Below, piece after piece: positions 59,810 through 64,000 of a DNA stretch of 64,000 nt. The notes under the pieces were generated by a model. The model saw only the letters and a program-made list of their open reading frames with translations, did no database searches and was not told the DNA's origin. The position numbers and the translations under genes are program-made. How positions within the stretch are numbered: position 1 is the first letter of the stretch; the number at the start of each line of letters is the position of its first letter. This DNA is from Candidatus Aenigmatarchaeota archaeon (lineage in GTDB: Archaea; Aenigmatarchaeota; Aenigmatarchaeia; CG10238-14; SCSR01), in the NCBI GenBank assembly GCA_038998585.1, contig JAVZGQ010000001.1, positions 9,684 through 73,683 on the forward strand. Direction: 5' to 3'.

Positions 59810-60365
59810 TTCCTTTCATTTTTAGTTTTAAAAAATCTACTACATAAGGTATTAGTGGTGCAAGCGTGAGTGCTATCAATAAATTGAATGGGTAGACATT
59901 GGGTGGTTCGAACGGATTTCCTCCAGATGGCCATTGAATTTTTAGCATATCACACAAAACATACCCACAATATTGTATGGAAGTCCAAACAGTTGTTGTA
60001 ACTACAGACCCCATAACTCTGCTCACATACTTTTCAAATTTTTCAGTTGTCTTAAATTTTTTGATAAAAGTTTCACCAATTACAGCACCTACACCTCCAG
60101 GAGCAATTGGGTTAACTATTAATTTCTCTGGCAGGTTAACAGGTATGTATTCATTCGGGCTTAATATAAGTGGTATATAAGGCAAGTCTGGATTTCTTGT
60201 AATGGCTCTGTAAAAAGCTGGTAAGCCATAAGTGACAATACCACAAACTGCCCACTTTTGGACCCTCTTATCTTTAAGAGTTTCTTTTGTAGTATAAAGA
60301 GCTCTATCAACAAAATATTTGATCTCATACAACCTTTTTGTGAGACTTTTCTTATCTAATTCCAT
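59796..60365 (-). CDS. Hypothetical membrane protein
   Basis: 189-aa ORF with TM segments. Confidence 0.6.
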   Translation of the reverse strand: MELDKKSLTKRLYEIKYFVDRALYTTKETLKDKRVQKWAVCGIVTYGLPAFYRAITRNPDLPYIPLILSPNEYIPVNLPEKLIVNPIAPGGVGAVIGETFIKKFKTTEKFEKYVSRVMGSVVTTTVWTSIQYCGYVLCDMLKIQWPSGGNPFEPPNVYPFNLLIALTLAPLIPYVVDFLKLKMKGNDEI

Positions 60366-60467
60366 ATGAAGTTAATTTTTTCGTAAACATAATTTATTTG
60401 ATTGAAAGTTAGCTACACCTCAAGGAGTTAAAAATCTTTATACTGAGCTTCATTTCAAAAGCTTTCC

Positions 60468-60878
60468 ATGAAAATGGAAAAATTTTTGGTAGGAATAATT
60501 GCAGTAGCTCTGCTCGCTTGTTCAGCCCAAGCTATAAGCGTAAACATAAGAGAAGGCGAAATATCGCAACTTGAATCTCAAGAAATTTTGGTAAATTTTG
60601 GCATGCTTACAGGAACAATAAATTTTAAGCTCGGTAATTACACATGGCCTGCTAGTGAAATCTGGCTTGTGCCACTTGGAACTGAGCCAAGCCAATTTAA
60701 ATCAAGTAGTATTTACCTTCAAATCCCAGAAAACATAACCTATTCTACCTGTAAGACAAGCGTTTATTACAATTCAACTTATGGCTTTGCTTTCAAGGCT
60801 TTAACTCAAATCTTACCAAACGGAACTTTTTGCATTTTAGCTTACAATGGAAGCTATGATGTCATTGCAAAATACTAG
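60468..60878 (+). CDS. Putative secreted protein
   Basis: Signal peptide ...ALLACSAQA; several N-x-S/T sequons. Confidence 0.6.
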   Translation: MKMEKFLVGIIAVALLACSAQAISVNIREGEISQLESQEILVNFGMLTGTINFKLGNYTWPASEIWLVPLGTEPSQFKSSSIYLQIPENITYSTCKTSVYYNSTYGFAFKALTQILPNGTFCILAYNGSYDVIAKY

Positions 60879-60885
60879 TGGTGTT

Positions 60886-61083
60886 ATGAAGACTTTCCTT
60901 TTGATTTTCTTTCTTTCTTTCTTATTTATAGTTTTTTTGTTTGTTATAAATTCAAAAATTCCCCAGACAGGTAAACTTATTGATCCCCTTGGTAAACAAA
61001 ATGAGAAGTGGAGAGTTGTGGCAAGAGTAGAAATAATGAATGGAAGGATAGTTAGTATAGTAAAAAATTTTACCATACCTTAG
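60886..61083 (+). CDS. Small membrane-anchored protein
   Basis: MKTFLLIFF...TGK; N-terminal TM segment. Confidence 0.45.
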   Translation: MKTFLLIFFLSFLFIVFLFVINSKIPQTGKLIDPLGKQNEKWRVVARVEIMNGRIVSIVKNFTIP

Positions 61084-61131
61084 CCAGAAATTTTTATTTA
61101 AATCCCATAAGACAAATTATAAAAAGAGAGA

Positions 61132-61761
61132 ATGAAGTTTATTGGATTTTTGAATTGGATCTATAGAATTTTAGGAGTGAGAAAAAATCTTAAGATAGGG
61201 CTTTATGGTGAAACTGGAGTAGGTAAAACAACATTGGCCAATAGAATTTCTTTAGACTGGGCTGGTGAGGAAATCGGTAAAGTTACGGGTATACCACATG
61301 AAACTAGAGCCGTACAGAAAAAAGAGAAGATTGAGATAAAGGTTAATAGGAAGAAGATTTTACTAAGCATCTTAGATATGCCAGGTCTATCAACAAAAGT
61401 CGATTATCGAAGCTTCCTGAAATACGGGCTTTCAAAGAAAAAGGCAAGGGAGAGAGCAAGAGAGGCCACAGACGGTGTGATAGAGGCAATAAAGTGGTTA
61501 AGCAATGTGGATGCCGTATTGGCTGTTATGGACGCAACACGCGATCCTTTGACGCAAGTCAATATTACTTTACTTGGAAATTTAGAGGCTAGAAAAATTC
61601 CGGTGATAATAGTTGCAAACAAGATTGACAAGAAAGGGGCGAACCCGAAGCTGATAAGGGAAGCCTTTCCTACTTATCCTGTTGTTGAAATTTCTGCTCT
61701 TAAGGGCAGAAACATGGAGTCTCTTTATAAAGCTATAGCAAAATATGTGGGGGGAGGATGA
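61132..61761 (+). CDS. Era-like GTPase (OapA-like)
   Basis: GETGVGKTTLANRI..DW, PHETR, DMPG, DP.TQVN, ANKID, ISAL. Confidence 0.88.
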   Translation: MKFIGFLNWIYRILGVRKNLKIGLYGETGVGKTTLANRISLDWAGEEIGKVTGIPHETRAVQKKEKIEIKVNRKKILLSILDMPGLSTKVDYRSFLKYGLSKKKARERAREATDGVIEAIKWLSNVDAVLAVMDATRDPLTQVNITLLGNLEARKIPVIIVANKIDKKGANPKLIREAFPTYPVVEISALKGRNMESLYKAIAKYVGGG

Positions 61762-62171
61762 TGAAGCTAAAGTTCGATTTCGTTTCTTCTGCAATTTTGG
61801 AGGGGAAACCAAAAGAAAAGAGGATAAACTTTATTCTAAACAAAGTTAAAGATGGAACAATTCTTGTGACAGATGGTGTGATGAGTCCTGAAGAAGAAAT
61901 GGAATTGATAAAAGAGACGATGCGGAGAGTTGACGATGGTTTTCCTGGTATAGAAGTTGCGAGTTTAAAAAAACCTACTAGCGGATTAGTAAAAATTATG
62001 GAGAAATTTTCTGAACAAAAAGACAAGATAAAGATTTTTTTTGCTAGCTTGAGTGGAGGAAAAGTTTCAACAAGTCTGAAGACGGGTCTTACTTTGATAG
62101 GACCTGCAAAGTATATAAGAAAAGTGAAGAAGAATCCAAACTCTTTTTCAATTTTAACAGAGGTTAAATAA
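61758..62171 (+). CDS. DUF2073 (OapB-like) protein
   Basis: I..IL..VK.G, PEEE..LI..TM..VD..F.GIE, LT.IGPA. Confidence 0.82.
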   Translation: MMKLKFDFVSSAILEGKPKEKRINFILNKVKDGTILVTDGVMSPEEEMELIKETMRRVDDGFPGIEVASLKKPTSGLVKIMEKFSEQKDKIKIFFASLSGGKVSTSLKTGLTLIGPAKYIRKVKKNPNSFSILTEVK

Positions 62172-62572
62172 TGCACAAGTGTGTGCGATGCGGCACAACT
62201 TATGAAGATGATGATTCTTCTATACTTAGAGGATGTACGAACTGTGGCTCGATATTTTTTATCTATTTAAGAAATCAACAAGATGTAGTTCAAGTAAAAG
62301 AGATAGAAAAAGAGCTTGAAGCCAAAGACACGACTCTTGAAAAAGAGATAGCTAAGAAGATAGAAGAGAATAAAGAAAAAGTTGAGAAAAGAACTAAAAA
62401 GAAGGAGGAAAAGAAGATTAAATTCGGTATCGAGACTGTAAAAATACCGAAAGAAGGGATTTACGAAATCAATCTTGATGCTTTAATGCAGAAGAAACCT
62501 CTGATAATTCTGGAAAGAGGAAAAGTTTATTTCATTCATCTTCCCTCTGTTTTTGATATTGGAAAAGAATAA
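62171..62572 (+). CDS. Zn-ribbon DUF2072 (OapC-like) protein
   Basis: HKC..CG..Y....IL.GC..CG...F, ETV.I...G.YEINL. Confidence 0.82.
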   Translation: MHKCVRCGTTYEDDDSSILRGCTNCGSIFFIYLRNQQDVVQVKEIEKELEAKDTTLEKEIAKKIEENKEKVEKRTKKKEEKKIKFGIETVKIPKEGIYEINLDALMQKKPLIILERGKVYFIHLPSVFDIGKE

Positions 62573-62609
62573 CAGAAAAATATTTAAGTTAGTTTTACCA
62601 ATAAAATAT

Positions 62610-62935
62610 AAGAAGGACATGCAATCTCTACCCTTGTGGTTGCATTGTAATCTTGTAAATCTTTCTATTAGTTTTTATACCACAAAGGGTTAGTTTGGGA
62701 TGATTCCTTCTTTTTGCTTCTAAAGGATGACCAAAAAATTGCTCTTGTTTTTCACAAATCTGGTCAATGAGAAAGGACGAGACAAACCCCTAAGAGGTTT
62801 CTGATAGATCGACACCGGTTTTTAAGGTCTCTTGTCCCTCAACATTGAGAATGAATGGAAAGAATTAAAATCGACACCGGTATGTAAGAATAATTCTTCT
62901 ATTCCTCGAAATTTCTCATTGACCAGATGTAAAAA
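62610..62935 (+). ncRNA. Candidate structured ncRNA: K-turn hairpin plus a multibranch domain with duplicated ATCGACACCGGT
   Basis: 17-bp perfect closing helix 62758-62774/62912-62928, nested stems, G-U pairs favour the + strand, TATA-like TTTAAG at about 62583. Confidence 0.6.
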
Positions 62936-62961
62936 ATGAAAATTTAGATTTGAAAGAAGGT

Positions 62962-63321
62962 CTAGATTAATCCCCTTATTTTATCTTCTCTTGCTTTTTT
63001 TTCAATTTCTGGCTTAATTTTTATTAATCCTTCGAATAGCTTTTCATAATATTCTTCACATATAAACCCATCATCTTTCAATTGCTTCAATAGGATGAAG
63101 GCATCCATAGTCAATTCATCTTTCTTATTCATGCTTTCTGGTTTACAGTCATCTTTTTTACCATATTCTCTTTTACAAGCTTCACATAAAACTCTTGAAA
63201 CAACATCATAGATTTTTGCTACAACAATTTGTTCGGGATAGGGAATTTGTTGATTTTTTGATATTTCTTCTTTCATTTTTTTGATCATTTCTTGCACAGC
63301 ACTAAGGACACAATCCTTCAT
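62962..63321 (-). CDS. Hypothetical protein
   Basis: 119-aa ORF. Confidence 0.55.
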   Translation of the reverse strand: MKDCVLSAVQEMIKKMKEEISKNQQIPYPEQIVVAKIYDVVSRVLCEACKREYGKKDDCKPESMNKKDELTMDAFILLKQLKDDGFICEEYYEKLFEGLIKIKPEIEKKAREDKIRGLI

Positions 63322-63412
63322 GATTAGTTTTTAATTTTTAGTTAAATATTTTTTTTATCATTTTCGTCAAAATAACTCTACACTCATAAAAGATAATCAA
63401 TTTATAATATCT

Positions 63413-63682
63413 TTGTCCAAATATTTCATAGGTAAAATGAAAGAAGAGAACAAAATTGTTAAAGAAATAATAACCGGAAACGCTGTACCAAAGAGCATAA
63501 GTTTAATAGAGCTTGAAAAAAACTATGCTTTATTAGCTGAAATGTTTGCGCGTTTGCTCGATAGAATTAAAGTTATAGAAGATGATATAGATAAGCTTGA
63601 AAAAAAGGTTGCATCCCTTCTAATAGAAAGAGAAAACAAGAAAATCAAGAAAAATGATAATAACAAAGAGTATGGTAATTAA
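63413..63682 (+). CDS. Hypothetical coiled-coil protein
   Basis: Short ORF with heptad pattern; start may be ATG at 63437. Confidence 0.45.
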   Translation: MSKYFIGKMKEENKIVKEIITGNAVPKSISLIELEKNYALLAEMFARLLDRIKVIEDDIDKLEKKVASLLIERENKKIKKNDNNKEYGN

Positions 63683-63686
63683 ATTT

Positions 63687-63890
63687 TTATAAATGTTTAT
63701 ATTTATCAACTTTTACAAGTTTGTATTCTAAAACTAGGCGATCCTCGTTAAGACAAATTTTTTCAAGCTCCCATTCTTCACAATATCCATCATAACATCC
63801 AAATTCTTTGCAAACACTAACCTCAATTATTTTTTGAATAAACTTTTTTCTTGTTTCCATAAATTCATCGCTTCTATCCAATTCACTCAT
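63687..63890 (-). CDS. Hypothetical protein
   Basis: 67-aa ORF. Confidence 0.4.
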   Translation of the reverse strand: MSELDRSDEFMETRKKFIQKIIEVSVCKEFGCYDGYCEEWELEKICLNEDRLVLEYKLVKVDKYKHL

Positions 63891-64000
63891 AAATTTTTAA
63901 AATGAAAATAAAATTATTTAAAGTTTCCCTCAATGAGATAAGTTCAAAATTACATAGAAGTATAAAGTTTTTGACGGATTTTATTAATTTAGTCAAGATC

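Noticed and set aside
1736..62176. Numerous antisense or alternate-frame ORFs in the track (e.g. 8172-8744, 29386-29916, 61733-62176)
   Set aside because: Shadows of well-supported genes on the opposite strand or in another frame, with no motifs
62800..62830. Hammerhead ribozyme suggested by CTGATAGA
   Set aside because: No GAAA core segment follows the adjacent stem
62808..62881. Two ATCGACACCGGT copies as a mini-CRISPR
   Set aside because: Only two 12-nt copies, too short for CRISPR repeats, and no cas genes are present
62573..62960. Replication origin beside the oapABC-like genes
   Set aside because: No ORB/G-string motifs or cdc6 are visible, and G-U pairing plus a K-turn favour RNA; kept only as an alternative

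Overview
AT-rich archaeal chromosome segment. It is most likely from a DPANN lineage such as Aenigmarchaeota, inferred from gene content, S26e and the many class-III-signal pilins. It is mostly core information-processing genes: intein-containing MCM, TBP, aIF2 alpha/beta, RpoL, S2, S26e, AspRS, AsnRS, Dph2, Nop10, RNase P RNA, FtsZ, Lhr, Nth and Nfo. It also has a type IV pilus cluster and eight tRNA genes. The main finding is a set of bulge-helix-bulge (BHB) micro-introns inside protein-coding genes. rnhB has one 35-nt intron in its DEAGR/G catalytic motif. rtcB, the tRNA-splicing ligase itself, has two 19-nt introns at its active-site motifs. All three shift the reading frame, and standard BHB cleavage restores the conserved protein exactly. 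Seven of the eight tRNAs also carry BHB introns, mostly at non-canonical positions. One, at position 8/9 of tRNA-Asn, needs the 5' leader to fold. Other highlights: a 5.5-kb island at tRNA-Asn (att-like repeats, integrase remnants) carrying a ThDP decarboxylase, radical SAM, methyltransferase and DAC-like cluster; an atypical second tRNA-Asn with a Gln-like body; a 53-bp perfect repeat inside tbp; several unannotated micro-ORFs; and a ~320-nt highly structured, K-turn-containing ncRNA candidate after the oapABC-like genes. All structures were derived by eye, and no database search was possible.
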